Origin: Candidatus Micrarchaeota archaeon
Lineage (GTDB): Archaea > Micrarchaeota > Micrarchaeia > Micrarchaeales > CABMGC01
Length of the DNA: 64,000 nucleotides
Direction: 5' to 3'
Assembly (NCBI GenBank): GCA_028866835.1
Contig: JAGWHJ010000001.1
Location: 4,636 to 68,635, forward strand
Below the pieces are notes generated by a model. The model was not told where the DNA came from. It made no database searches and worked only from the letters and a program-made list of their open reading frames with translations. Every line of letters starts with the position of its first letter. The stretch's first letter is position 1. The position numbers were made by a program, and so were the translations under genes. Of the stretch, positions 9,087-17,975 are shown in pieces.

Positions 9087-10334
9087 ATGGCAGTGAGCCA
9101 AAGGCGGGTCGGTGTTACTACTGATGGCATCAGGTTTTCAAGGTTGAGGTGCCCGGATGGTGAGGAAAGATACCTATTAAGGGAAGGAGACATCCCGGGC
9201 CTGAAACTTGACGGCCCAACCTCACACAGGCTACTTGGCGAGGCGGGCTTGGTACCGGTTGAACAGAATGGAGAGCTGCCTTTTCTTGCACGCTATCCGG
9301 CAATTAGGGAGACGTTGACTGAAGGCGGGGAGCACACACGTTTCTATACCGCAGGGAGTGGACAGCTTTACCTGCCCGAATTTCAAGGTTTAGATGACGA
9401 TACAGGCAGATTGAAGGAGGGCAGGAGACATCCAGAGATCACAGTAAGGAATTTTGATGGGCCGCATCCGTTGTTGCTCATAATAGGATCGGATGAGGAA
9501 TCCGATTGGGCAGGCTACAGGTTCGTACGCGCTGCGGATGTGGAGCCAAGCGCTGGCGCCAACATAGTATACGGCAAGAAAATAAATGGTACGTACGCTA
9601 TGGGGGAGTTCTGGCGTCAGCAGGGATGGGTAAATGCGGACGGCACGCTTTCTCGTGCGCGATGGGCTGATTCTGGAACAAGGGTTGCAGCAATAAGATT
9701 CCTTGTTGAGAATGTATTGGATAAGGACCCGCGTGAGGTCACAAACGAGGATTTTAGGTCGAACGGACTTTGGGGACTTTTAACACACTTTTATAATAGT
9801 AGCAACTATGCTGCTGTTTCTGCGGCGTTCCCCGAACTTAATATAAGGGGATGGGAGATGATATGCACGCCTAGGGGCATATACCCTTCTCCAGAGAACA
9901 GAGTAGCCGCAGTAAGAGAGCTGGTGAAAGCATCAGGCAAAGGCGATCCCAGAGACCTTGCAAGAAGTGATTTTGAATCACACGGGCTTAGAGGGCTTTT
10001 ACACGGTCATTACAATGGCAGCACTTATGCGGCTGTTGTGGAGGCATTCCCTGAACAGATGATTAAAGAATGGGAGATGGCCATGACCCCCATGCGTTTC
10101 TACGAGTCACCGGAAAACAGGGTAGCTGCAGTGAGATGGCTAGCAGAGAAATTAGGTAAGGACCCAAGGGAGATAACACAAAAGGATTTCAAGTCAAACA
10201 GACTTTTGGGGCTTTTGGATTGGCATTATAACGGCAGCCCTTACGAGGCATTGCTGGAAGCAGGATTAGTTACAAAAGAAGATGAATACTTTATGAGGAA
10301 TAGAGGTCCGGTCATGAAATTAAGAAGGTCATAA
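9087..10334 (+). CDS. Hypothetical protein with three ~72-aa tandem repeats (DUF4046-like)
   Basis: Repeats RVAA[IV]R-L....DPR....DF...GL.GLL..[FH]YN.S.Y.A...AFPE...WEM..TP; more AT-rich than flanks. Confidence 0.7.
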   Translation: MAVSQRRVGVTTDGIRFSRLRCPDGEERYLLREGDIPGLKLDGPTSHRLLGEAGLVPVEQNGELPFLARYPAIRETLTEGGEHTRFYTAGSGQLYLPEFQGLDDDTGRLKEGRRHPEITVRNFDGPHPLLLIIGSDEESDWAGYRFVRAADVEPSAGANIVYGKKINGTYAMGEFWRQQGWVNADGTLSRARWADSGTRVAAIRFLVENVLDKDPREVTNEDFRSNGLWGLLTHFYNSSNYAAVSAAFPELNIRGWEMICTPRGIYPSPENRVAAVRELVKASGKGDPRDLARSDFESHGLRGLLHGHYNGSTYAAVVEAFPEQMIKEWEMAMTPMRFYESPENRVAAVRWLAEKLGKDPREITQKDFKSNRLLGLLDWHYNGSPYEALLEAGLVTKEDEYFMRNRGPVMKLRRS

Positions 10335-10378
10335 GCGCATTAACATTTAATGACATGTAAATTGTTTGAGGTATTTTT

Positions 10379-10657
10379 ATGGCAAAAATAAAAGGGAGGA
10401 ATGCAAGTTTTTTCAGAGCTATTGAGGACGAGGCCATGGCGCTTCAATATCATGACGGCCGTGGAATCATATTTCAGAACCTGGATGCTGCTAGGGCATA
10501 TGAGAGATCTAGTCTGCCAGAGCATCTTCGAAGAGCAAACGAAGCATGGATGAACATAAAGGCCGTTGTAAAAGATCCAAAATTAAGGGCAAGGATAGAT
10601 GGCAGGATCAAGCTTAATGAACAAAAAAGTGATGCTTCAGGGCTAAAAAGGGCCTGA
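10379..10657 (+). CDS. Hypothetical protein
   Basis: 92-aa ORF with GAGGT upstream; AT-rich; no motif recognised. Confidence 0.55.
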   Translation: MAKIKGRNASFFRAIEDEAMALQYHDGRGIIFQNLDAARAYERSSLPEHLRRANEAWMNIKAVVKDPKLRARIDGRIKLNEQKSDASGLKRA

Positions 10658-10702
10658 ATGCATAACGTATAAGAATTTAATTGAAGTATAGAAATTGATC
10701 TT

Positions 10703-10867
10703 ATGGCAGGATTATCAACACCGCAGCAGCAGGCCGGGGTTCTGAGCTTCTACGATGCGCCTGAGCGAGGCCCTAGGATGAACGCTAGGGCAGTCATAAT
10801 CGTAATACTCATCTTCACGATACTTGTGCTAATCTTCGACCACGTGCTCAGCACTACGCTAGTGTGA
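10703..10867 (+). CDS. secG: Preprotein translocase subunit Sec61-beta (54 aa; absent from the ORF track)
   Basis: Hand translation MAGLSTPQQQAGVLSFYDAPERGPRMNARAVIIVILIFTILVLIFDHVLSTTLV; AG-L-FYD motif plus a single TM. Confidence 0.88.
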   Translation: MAGLSTPQQQAGVLSFYDAPERGPRMNARAVIIVILIFTILVLIFDHVLSTTLV

Positions 10868-11765
10868 ACAGGTCCTTCTTCTTTTCAGAGACGTCGCCGT
10901 TCTCGGAGAGCAGGCAAAGTATCGCCCGCGCACCGTCCTCGCTTATGCCCACGTCCCTTGCAATGCTGCTGACCCTTGATTCCCCCTTGTCCTTGAGGTC
11001 CTTTATTATCGCAGTGGCGTGCCTGTCGAAGTATTGCCTGAGTACGACATAGAACTTCTTGTTGAACGCTCTTGTGCCTAGGACAAGGCCGCGTCTTATG
11101 CTCTCCTCAAGCGCCAGAGAGAGCGATGACGCCTCGCCCTCTGTGGAGACGATGACGAAACCATCCTTCTCGAGTTTTTTGACGTTCTCGTTCTCAGGCA
11201 TCTTGTTTCTTACGTACATAAAAGGGGCTTCCTTGATTTGGGGAGAGACCTCCTCGATCTTTGCAGGCTCTGGACCAGCCTTCTTCTTCCTCATGAGGAA
11301 CTTGTCATAGACCTCCTTCGAGATGCTGTAGAGCTCCTTGCTTCGCATGTCCTTCCTGAAAGGCAGGACGGCCTTCTTGACTATCAGGCGGCTGAGCACC
11401 TCCTTCTCCCTGTCGCTCAGCATCCTGTTTACGCTATCGACATCGCGTGAGCCGTACCTGAGAGTATCGAGCTTCCTGAGAACGTCAAGCTCCTCCTGAG
11501 TAAGCCCTGCCTCTGACGCGCGTCTCTGCTGGGCAGGCGCGGATGGCTGCTGGCGTGGCGCGCCCTCTGGGCCTTCCTTTCCAAGCAGCAGGCTTGCGAC
11601 GTCGGATTTCTTGGCAAAGATGAACGTATTGTCCCCTGCCTTGAAGAAATCGACCTCGTCGTTCTCGCCGATCCTCAATCCCCTGACAACCTCGAAAGGC
11701 AGGTATACGATAAGCTTGTCCTTGCTTTTGTAGACCTTTACGATTTTAACACCGCCTCTAATCAT
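10854..11765 (-). CDS. Hypothetical protein with an N-terminal AbrB/SpoVT-like domain and a C-terminal winged-helix-like domain (alternative start ATC 11744)
   Basis: LIVYLPFEVVRGLRIGENDEVDF is AbrB-like; RVSSIARDVGISEDGARAILCLLSENGDV is wHTH-like. Confidence 0.65.
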   Translation of the reverse strand: MIRGGVKIVKVYKSKDKLIVYLPFEVVRGLRIGENDEVDFFKAGDNTFIFAKKSDVASLLLGKEGPEGAPRQQPSAPAQQRRASEAGLTQEELDVLRKLDTLRYGSRDVDSVNRMLSDREKEVLSRLIVKKAVLPFRKDMRSKELYSISKEVYDKFLMRKKKAGPEPAKIEEVSPQIKEAPFMYVRNKMPENENVKKLEKDGFVIVSTEGEASSLSLALEESIRRGLVLGTRAFNKKFYVVLRQYFDRHATAIIKDLKDKGESRVSSIARDVGISEDGARAILCLLSENGDVSEKKKDLFTLA

Positions 11766-11795
11766 TTTAAGCTTATAGAGCAGATTAATATTGCC

Positions 11796-12728
11796 ATGAA
11801 GAATATAAAAGGGTTTCTAGAGAGCAAAACCCTATACAAAACAGGGCTGAGGCAACGCGCCGCAACATCCAGAGACCTTGCGAAAGCCGCACCGAAGAGG
11901 GGCATCTATTCGGACAAGTACTCGAACGGACGTATGGTGCTCATAGGCGGCAGTGGAAGGTTTCACGGCGCTCCGGCAATGGCTTCGCTGGCTGCGTACG
12001 GCACCCTTGCCGCGCTCAGGGTGGGAGCGGGCTATGCAAAGACCTATGTTCCTGAAGCGATGGCCGGCGCAGTACGTGCATCTTCGCCGAACATCATCGT
12101 GTCAAGCTGCGGCAAGGGGATAGCCCTGACAAACGACATGAAGAAGGACATCTCTAGGACCGATGCGGTTGTCATAGGAATGGGCATGGAGAGCGCACGG
12201 GCTTCTGAAACTGCATCGCGCAGGATCATACTTTACTGTCAGTCCAGAGGGATAAAGACCATAGTAGATGCAGGAGCGATAGCCTCGCTGAGGCCATTGC
12301 TCGGCAAACGGCTGAAGGAGATCCTCATAACGCCTCACGATTCGGAATTCTCGCGCCTCCTAGGAGTGGCAGTGCCGAAACGCGATTTGAAAGCTAGGAT
12401 TCGGACTGCTTTCGGTGCGTCGAAGGCATTTGGTATAAACATCCTTCTCAAGGGCCATGTGACGATAGTCACAAACGGCAAGGAGGTGAAGCTCGTCAAG
12501 TCCCATAGCGCATCGCTTGCAACAATGGGCACCGGCGACGTGCTTGATGGGATCATAGGAGGCTACGCAGCCACCGGAGCAGGCGTTTTCGATGCCGCTG
12601 TTGCAGGTGCGTATCTCCATTCGGAGATAGGTGACGAACTTTACAAGGAGAAAGGCAACCATATCCTTGCATCTGACGTGGTGGAACGCATACCTGCTAT
12701 TATAAAAAAGTTCGACAAGAGGAGATAG
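11796..12728 (+). CDS. nnrD: ADP/ATP-dependent NAD(P)H-hydrate dehydratase
   Basis: IGGS..FHGAP, VIGMG, VDAGA, ITPH..EF, LLKG and ATMGTGDVLDG motifs. Confidence 0.92.
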   Translation: MKNIKGFLESKTLYKTGLRQRAATSRDLAKAAPKRGIYSDKYSNGRMVLIGGSGRFHGAPAMASLAAYGTLAALRVGAGYAKTYVPEAMAGAVRASSPNIIVSSCGKGIALTNDMKKDISRTDAVVIGMGMESARASETASRRIILYCQSRGIKTIVDAGAIASLRPLLGKRLKEILITPHDSEFSRLLGVAVPKRDLKARIRTAFGASKAFGINILLKGHVTIVTNGKEVKLVKSHSASLATMGTGDVLDGIIGGYAATGAGVFDAAVAGAYLHSEIGDELYKEKGNHILASDVVERIPAIIKKFDKRR

Positions 12729-12741
12729 AGGAAGTGTGTCT

Positions 12742-14643
12742 ATGAATTCGCCCAGCAGGGATGCAAAGTCGGAGTTCGAGAGGATAATTGACGATGCGAT
12801 ACTCTCGGCCTACGGCAAGGTGGATTTCGAGAGGAAGATGCTTGGGGATACGATAAAGTACGCGAGTTCCGAGTTCGGGGACCTGAGCTGTTCCATATCA
12901 TTTGCGCTCGCCAGAAGCCTCAGGAAGGACCCTAGGAAGATAGCCGCGGAGATTGCCAAGCATGCAAAGGCTGGAAGGCTCGTGGCCGAGATCGGTGCCG
13001 AATCAGGATACATAAACGCTAGGCTTGACAGGGCTTCTTACGGCAGTGCAGTGATCGAGAGGATCGCAGCCATGAAAAAGGATTACGGCAGGAGCGAGAT
13101 CGGCAAAGGACATCGCGTGTTCGTGGAATCGCCCAGCGTAAACCCGAACAAGCCATGGCACGTGGGCCACCTAAGGAATGCTATACTCGGCAGCGTCATC
13201 TCAAACCTCCTTGAGTTCTGCTCCTACGACGTCGAACGGGAGAACTACATAGATGACCTAGGCCTGCAGGTGGCAGAATCGGTATGGGGGTACATGCACA
13301 TGGGCAACGAGCCCGACAAGAAGTTCGACACGTGGCTCGGGGAACAGTACGTTATGGTAAACAAGAGGATGTCAGAGAAGGCAGCGGTCAAGGAGGAGAT
13401 AAACCATCTTGTGAAGAGAATGGAGGCGGGCGGGACAGACGAGGCGAAAACGGCAAGGGAGATCGCGGAGAAGTGCGTTGCGGCGCAGTACGAGACAGCT
13501 TCGATGTACGGCATCTGCCACGACATACTGGTTTGGGAGAGTGACATAGTCAGCGAGAAGCTGCTTGAGAAGGCCCTGTCAGTCGCAGACAAGGCGGGCA
13601 TGCTCGAGAAGCCGAAGGAGGGAAAGTATGCGGGCTGCGTAACAATAAATCTAGACAAGGTAAAGGAGCTTGCAAAAGACTTCGAGAACCCGCTTGAGGA
13701 CACAAAGGTGCTTGTCAGGAGCAACGGGACTGCAACATACGTGGCAAAGGACTTCGCATTCCACATGTGGAAATTCGGTATTATAGAGGACACGTTCAAG
13801 TACAGGACGTTCATAAGGAAGCAGGTCGACGGTGGAGAGCTCCGCACGACGTCCCCTTCGGGAGAGAGGAAGAGGCTGGGGCCTGCCGACAGCGTAATAA
13901 ACATAATAGATGACAGGCAGAGGTATCCGCAGCTCATCCTTAAGGCGGCATTCAAGCTGCTTGGCTACCCGGAGATCTCAAGCAGTATTGTGCATCTATC
14001 ATACGGGACCGTTGGAGTGAGTGGTGGCTCGTTGAGCGGCAGGAAAGGAGGGTGGATGGGCGAGGACGGCAGGAGCTACACCGCAGATTACCTTCTTGAG
14101 GAAGTCTCGAAAAAGGCCGCGGAGATAGTCGGCAACAGCAAGAAGGTAACAGACACGAGCAAGGTAGGCGAGATTGCCAGGGCCATAGCGCTTGGCGCGA
14201 TAAAATTCGATTTCGTGAGCGTGGCGCCGGAGAAGGACATGCTATTCTCCTGGGAAAGGGCGCTAAAGTTCGAAGGCGACACGGGGCCGTACTGCATATA
14301 CACCTATGCGCGCGCGACTAGGCTTCTCGAGAAGGCAGGTCCCGCAGAGCACAAGCTCGTTGAGAAGGATTACTCGGCCCTGGGCGCAGGCGAATTCGCG
14401 GTCATAAAGCTACTTAGCGTTGCGGATGAGATGGTTGAGAAGGCGTGCAGGGAGCGAAGGCCGAACATTCTGACAGACTACCTGCTCGAACTCTGCACCG
14501 CTTTCAGCAAGTTCTACGAGGCAGTCCCTGTTATCGGAAGCGGCGAGGCAGAGCGCGCAAGGCTTGCGGTAGTCTCATCAACAAGGCAGACGATAGGAAA
14601 CATGCTGCTCCTTCTTGGCATAAAGCCGCTCGAGCGGATGTAG
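12742..14643 (+). CDS. argS: Arginine--tRNA ligase
   Basis: SVNPNKPWHVGHLRN (HIGH-type), DDLGLQ, LSGRKG and FEGDTGPY..YTYAR motifs. Confidence 0.96.
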   Translation: MNSPSRDAKSEFERIIDDAILSAYGKVDFERKMLGDTIKYASSEFGDLSCSISFALARSLRKDPRKIAAEIAKHAKAGRLVAEIGAESGYINARLDRASYGSAVIERIAAMKKDYGRSEIGKGHRVFVESPSVNPNKPWHVGHLRNAILGSVISNLLEFCSYDVERENYIDDLGLQVAESVWGYMHMGNEPDKKFDTWLGEQYVMVNKRMSEKAAVKEEINHLVKRMEAGGTDEAKTAREIAEKCVAAQYETASMYGICHDILVWESDIVSEKLLEKALSVADKAGMLEKPKEGKYAGCVTINLDKVKELAKDFENPLEDTKVLVRSNGTATYVAKDFAFHMWKFGIIEDTFKYRTFIRKQVDGGELRTTSPSGERKRLGPADSVINIIDDRQRYPQLILKAAFKLLGYPEISSSIVHLSYGTVGVSGGSLSGRKGGWMGEDGRSYTADYLLEEVSKKAAEIVGNSKKVTDTSKVGEIARAIALGAIKFDFVSVAPEKDMLFSWERALKFEGDTGPYCIYTYARATRLLEKAGPAEHKLVEKDYSALGAGEFAVIKLLSVADEMVEKACRERRPNILTDYLLELCTAFSKFYEAVPVIGSGEAERARLAVVSSTRQTIGNMLLLLGIKPLERM

Positions 14644-14644
14644 G

Positions 14645-15652
14645 CTAGTATGCGGAGTCGACCGTCGGCCAGTCTATGTAGCGCCTCCTCTCGGCTTCCT
14701 GCTCTTTTATCTCGGAAAATCCGCTTGCGCTGCTTACGGCAAGCACGATGAGGTTTATGAACAGCAGGAAGGTCATGGCAACGAGGTATATGTTTGACTT
14801 GTTGAGAATGTAGAAGGATGGGCTGCTGAAGTACTGGTAGCTGATGAATATAAGACCCATGCCGCAGACAATTGCAGCGAACGTGCTTACCTTCCTTCCG
14901 GGCCTGAAGAGCAGCAGGCCGGCCGCCAGCGACAGGAATCCTATGAGGATGTTCAGCACGGGAATGTCATAGCTCGAGATAAGGTTGTACAGGGCCATGA
15001 ACTCGGCAGGTATGGCGGTTGCCGTGCTGACGGTCTGTATGAAAGATCCGAAAAGGAATGCCATCTGCTGGTACATGTAGTAAAGCATGACCATGCCTAT
15101 CGCCAGGAAGATCAGCGAAGAGCCAAGGCTCAGGCGGTTCAGGCTCTGCTTCTTTGCGCTCGGCGCCCTTATCGAGGCCTCGTCTATGTCCTTTATGCAG
15201 TAGTACTTGCCGTTGAATAGCATTATCTCGGCATAGCAGTAGTTGAGGTTGCATATCTCACACTTAGCGAAAGCAGCCCTCCACGGATGGTTTATGCACT
15301 TTGCATTCTTTGGCACGTTCCTCTGTTTCTCTGTTGCGGTCTTGGCAGCGGCAACAGACTTGCTTTCGGACAGGGGAGCGGCAGAGATTGGCGCCGCTGG
15401 CTTGGCGAGAGGCGCAGGAGGCTGCTCAGCCTGCGCGGTGACTTCCTTTTGGGCGGCAGGCTTAGGCTTTGGTTGATTTATATTGATCCAGGGCGGTGCG
15501 CTGACTGCAGGCAGTTCATCCTTGGTAGTTTCTACCACATAGTCCTTGCTTTTCTTCGACTGCGCAACCTGGTTTATCGCACTTTCAGTAGCCTGTGAAA
15601 CGTGACCCCTAAGCCTGAAGATCAGGAGGTCTTCAGAGCCTTCATCGACCAA
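14645..15652 (-). CDS. Membrane protein with a Pro/Ala linker, a B-box-like zinc finger and ~4 TM helices
   Basis: CINHPW...CEIC...YC...YYC motif followed by hydrophobic helices; GGTG-N5-TTG start. Confidence 0.7.
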   Translation of the reverse strand: MVDEGSEDLLIFRLRGHVSQATESAINQVAQSKKSKDYVVETTKDELPAVSAPPWININQPKPKPAAQKEVTAQAEQPPAPLAKPAAPISAAPLSESKSVAAAKTATEKQRNVPKNAKCINHPWRAAFAKCEICNLNYCYAEIMLFNGKYYCIKDIDEASIRAPSAKKQSLNRLSLGSSLIFLAIGMVMLYYMYQQMAFLFGSFIQTVSTATAIPAEFMALYNLISSYDIPVLNILIGFLSLAAGLLLFRPGRKVSTFAAIVCGMGLIFISYQYFSSPSFYILNKSNIYLVAMTFLLFINLIVLAVSSASGFSEIKEQEAERRRYIDWPTVDSAY

Positions 15653-15676
15653 AACCACACCCGCATAAACATGCGT

Positions 15677-15910
15677 TTACATTTCTCCCCTGCTGGCTGC
15701 TCTCTGCGCCTGTTCCATCTTTCTCTTGAAAATTCCTTTATGTTTGGCGCAGCTGATGCAATAGTAAACTTTTCTCGTGGAGAAATACTTAACGTCAGCT
15801 TCCCTAAGGTCAGTGCCAAAGCGTATCGGCCTTTCATCTGATACGGCTTTGTTCCTAGGAACATTCCTGCCGCAGTTGGAACATCTTACTATTTGGTCTC
15901 GTCCTCTCAA
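15677..15910 (-). CDS. rps26e: 30S ribosomal protein eS26
   Basis: RGR...VRCSNCGRNVPRNKA and YYCISCAKH.GI match eS26; GGTG-N5-TTG start. Confidence 0.93.
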   Translation of the reverse strand: MRGRDQIVRCSNCGRNVPRNKAVSDERPIRFGTDLREADVKYFSTRKVYYCISCAKHKGIFKRKMEQAQRAASRGEM

Positions 15911-16084
15911 TATAACACCGTATTAGAGATATCTACCTCCTCATATATAAAAACATTCGCACCGCACCGACATAAGTGCTTTACACGGTCGTTGGCAGTT
16001 TTCCCGTAGGGAACAGGTATCTGTAACATTTCACAAAGTTATTAATACTTGATTCGATACCAATTAGAGAATAATGGTGATTCG

Positions 16085-16663
16085 ATAAAGATACTCGTTA
16101 TAAGCAATGTAAACGGAGTCACCGATTCGCTCATAGACGGCATGGATGTACCCAATGCAAACATAATTGCAAGGGATTTCGAGGGGGACGTTGACGCCCT
16201 CTCCAAGCAGGTTGCGAGGCTCTTCAAGGACAGGAAGTTCGATTACATAGTGGTAATACCAGACGATGTCATAGAGGCCGGGATAAACCTTAACAAGATA
16301 GAAGGCGCGAGGTCCGTAGTCTGCAAGTTCGAGGCGGACGCCGAGGCCGCAGCGGCCCACAAGGCCAACATCGTGATAATGGACGACCCTGATTCCCGCA
16401 TCTTCAACGACCTGATGGGATCGCTGCTGAAAGGACATTCTGGATCTTCTTCAAGGAGGGAGCCGGACAGCAGGCAGGCATCGATCTTCGGAGGCTTCAA
16501 GAAACCTCAGCCGCAGCAAAAGGAGACAAAGAGAGTGCATGAGGAGAAGGCGGAGGAAAAAGACGTGGATAAGGAAGAAAGGCAGCAGCAGGCTCCACGA
16601 GCCGGGAAAAGGAAGGGCGGGCTCGGCGGGATGCTGAAGGACTACCTGGGCATAATGGATTGA
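16085..16663 (+). CDS. RpiB/LacAB-like protein, degenerate, with a charged C-terminal tail (proposed ATA start)
   Basis: [M]KILVIS start and GINLNKIEGARSVVC...AAAHKANIVIM resemble RpiB (SIAANKVPGIRAALC...REHNDANVL); catalytic CGTG is absent. Confidence 0.6.
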   Translation: MKILVISNVNGVTDSLIDGMDVPNANIIARDFEGDVDALSKQVARLFKDRKFDYIVVIPDDVIEAGINLNKIEGARSVVCKFEADAEAAAAHKANIVIMDDPDSRIFNDLMGSLLKGHSGSSSRREPDSRQASIFGGFKKPQPQQKETKRVHEEKAEEKDVDKEERQQQAPRAGKRKGGLGGMLKDYLGIMD

Positions 16664-16665
16664 GC

Positions 16666-17874
16666 TTACCTCAATGCGGTAGACAGGATATCTGCCTCTA
16701 TCTTCTGTTCCTTCCCGCTTTCACCGCATCCGATCCTTACCGAAAACGGCTCTATTGCCTCACGAGGTATGCTCCTGAAGGCGTTAAGGCCTATGACCTT
16801 TGTATCGTAGCCGCCGTTTTCCAAAGGTGAGAGGAACCCGAATCCAACCCAGGGAGGGATATAATTATTGCTGCTTTTTCCATCTTTCAGTCTGTACTCT
16901 ACCCGACACATGCCTAACGAAGGGTCAGTTCCAGGAGGGTATGGGACAAACCCAGTTTTTATCGGGGCTATGACATTGCCAGAAAGGTCCATTGTCGAGC
17001 CGCCGAACAGTTTGAATTGGTATCGGGCAAGCGCAGTGCCGAGGTATTTGCAAACAAAGCCAATCTTCTCCTCGGTTGTAGCGTCCGGGTGCTCCGTCGA
17101 AACCCGGTCTATATAATGGTCTCTCATGGCCTGGGGCATAGTGCCCGTCCATCCGGCCTCTTGAAGCCTCTTGTATTCTTGGAGGGTATGCCACTTTGAG
17201 CTGTTGGGTGCCCTCGATGATGCAATCCAGTAATCGAAGATCAGTCCTGCATTTTCCGCGGCGCGCTCGATGAATGCGGCTGCCGTCACTCCCCTGCGTC
17301 CAAGTATCCTCGACTCGTCGATAAAGCTTATGTGCCCGGAGATGCCCAACGCATCGCATATGCCGTCGAGAGACCTCGAATACAGCTCGGTGAGCATGCC
17401 CAGATTGGCGATTTTTCCGGCAAGTATTCTTTCGGTGATGTCCTCCCTTATCACGCCGATGCTTATTCCAGGGGCATATATGCCAGTGACTCTTTGGTGG
17501 AGCTCCTCGAACCGCCTCAGTCCAAGCAGGTCAGCGACGTCTGCAACCACCCTGTCTGGCACTTGGCCGTATCCTTTAGTTGCACTCCATAGCGTGGATA
17601 CCTGTATAGGTGCACCTACCTCTATCCATCTGGCGACGCGCTCACTCATCTGGTGCCTTTGTTCCTCTGTTGGACTGCACCCTATCCTTGTTTTCCTAGA
17701 TGCGAAAAGGACGTCAGAAACCTGCCTTGCGGCAGTCTCTATGCAGTCAGGCCGCGTGGGGCCGCACCTTTCGGGCTCCCGTATCCTTAAGCAGTCTTCA
17801 AGCGATCTTGCAATCGCTTCTTCTCTTGCGGAGGCCTTAGAAGCGGCACATGTAAGACTCACGTTCCTTATCAT
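16666..17874 (-). CDS. Divergent Dit1/PvcA/IsnA (isonitrile synthase)-like protein
   Basis: GAPIQV..W...K......ADVADLLGL......RV..IYAPG..I.VI.ED and a C-terminal PPW parallel PvcA (PI..VLP.FP.K...PD.AE..AL......I..IY.PG..I.I.SD; TPWH). Confidence 0.55.
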   Translation of the reverse strand: MIRNVSLTCAASKASAREEAIARSLEDCLRIREPERCGPTRPDCIETAARQVSDVLFASRKTRIGCSPTEEQRHQMSERVARWIEVGAPIQVSTLWSATKGYGQVPDRVVADVADLLGLRRFEELHQRVTGIYAPGISIGVIREDITERILAGKIANLGMLTELYSRSLDGICDALGISGHISFIDESRILGRRGVTAAAFIERAAENAGLIFDYWIASSRAPNSSKWHTLQEYKRLQEAGWTGTMPQAMRDHYIDRVSTEHPDATTEEKIGFVCKYLGTALARYQFKLFGGSTMDLSGNVIAPIKTGFVPYPPGTDPSLGMCRVEYRLKDGKSSNNYIPPWVGFGFLSPLENGGYDTKVIGLNAFRSIPREAIEPFSVRIGCGESGKEQKIEADILSTALR

Positions 17875-17975
17875 GCAGTTTTTGGTAATTTTCTTGATAT
17901 AAATAGATTCGCATGAGAGCGCGCTTCAGGAGAATTAGCTTTAAAAATACCTGGCGCAGTCCCTAACCGGAGGCA

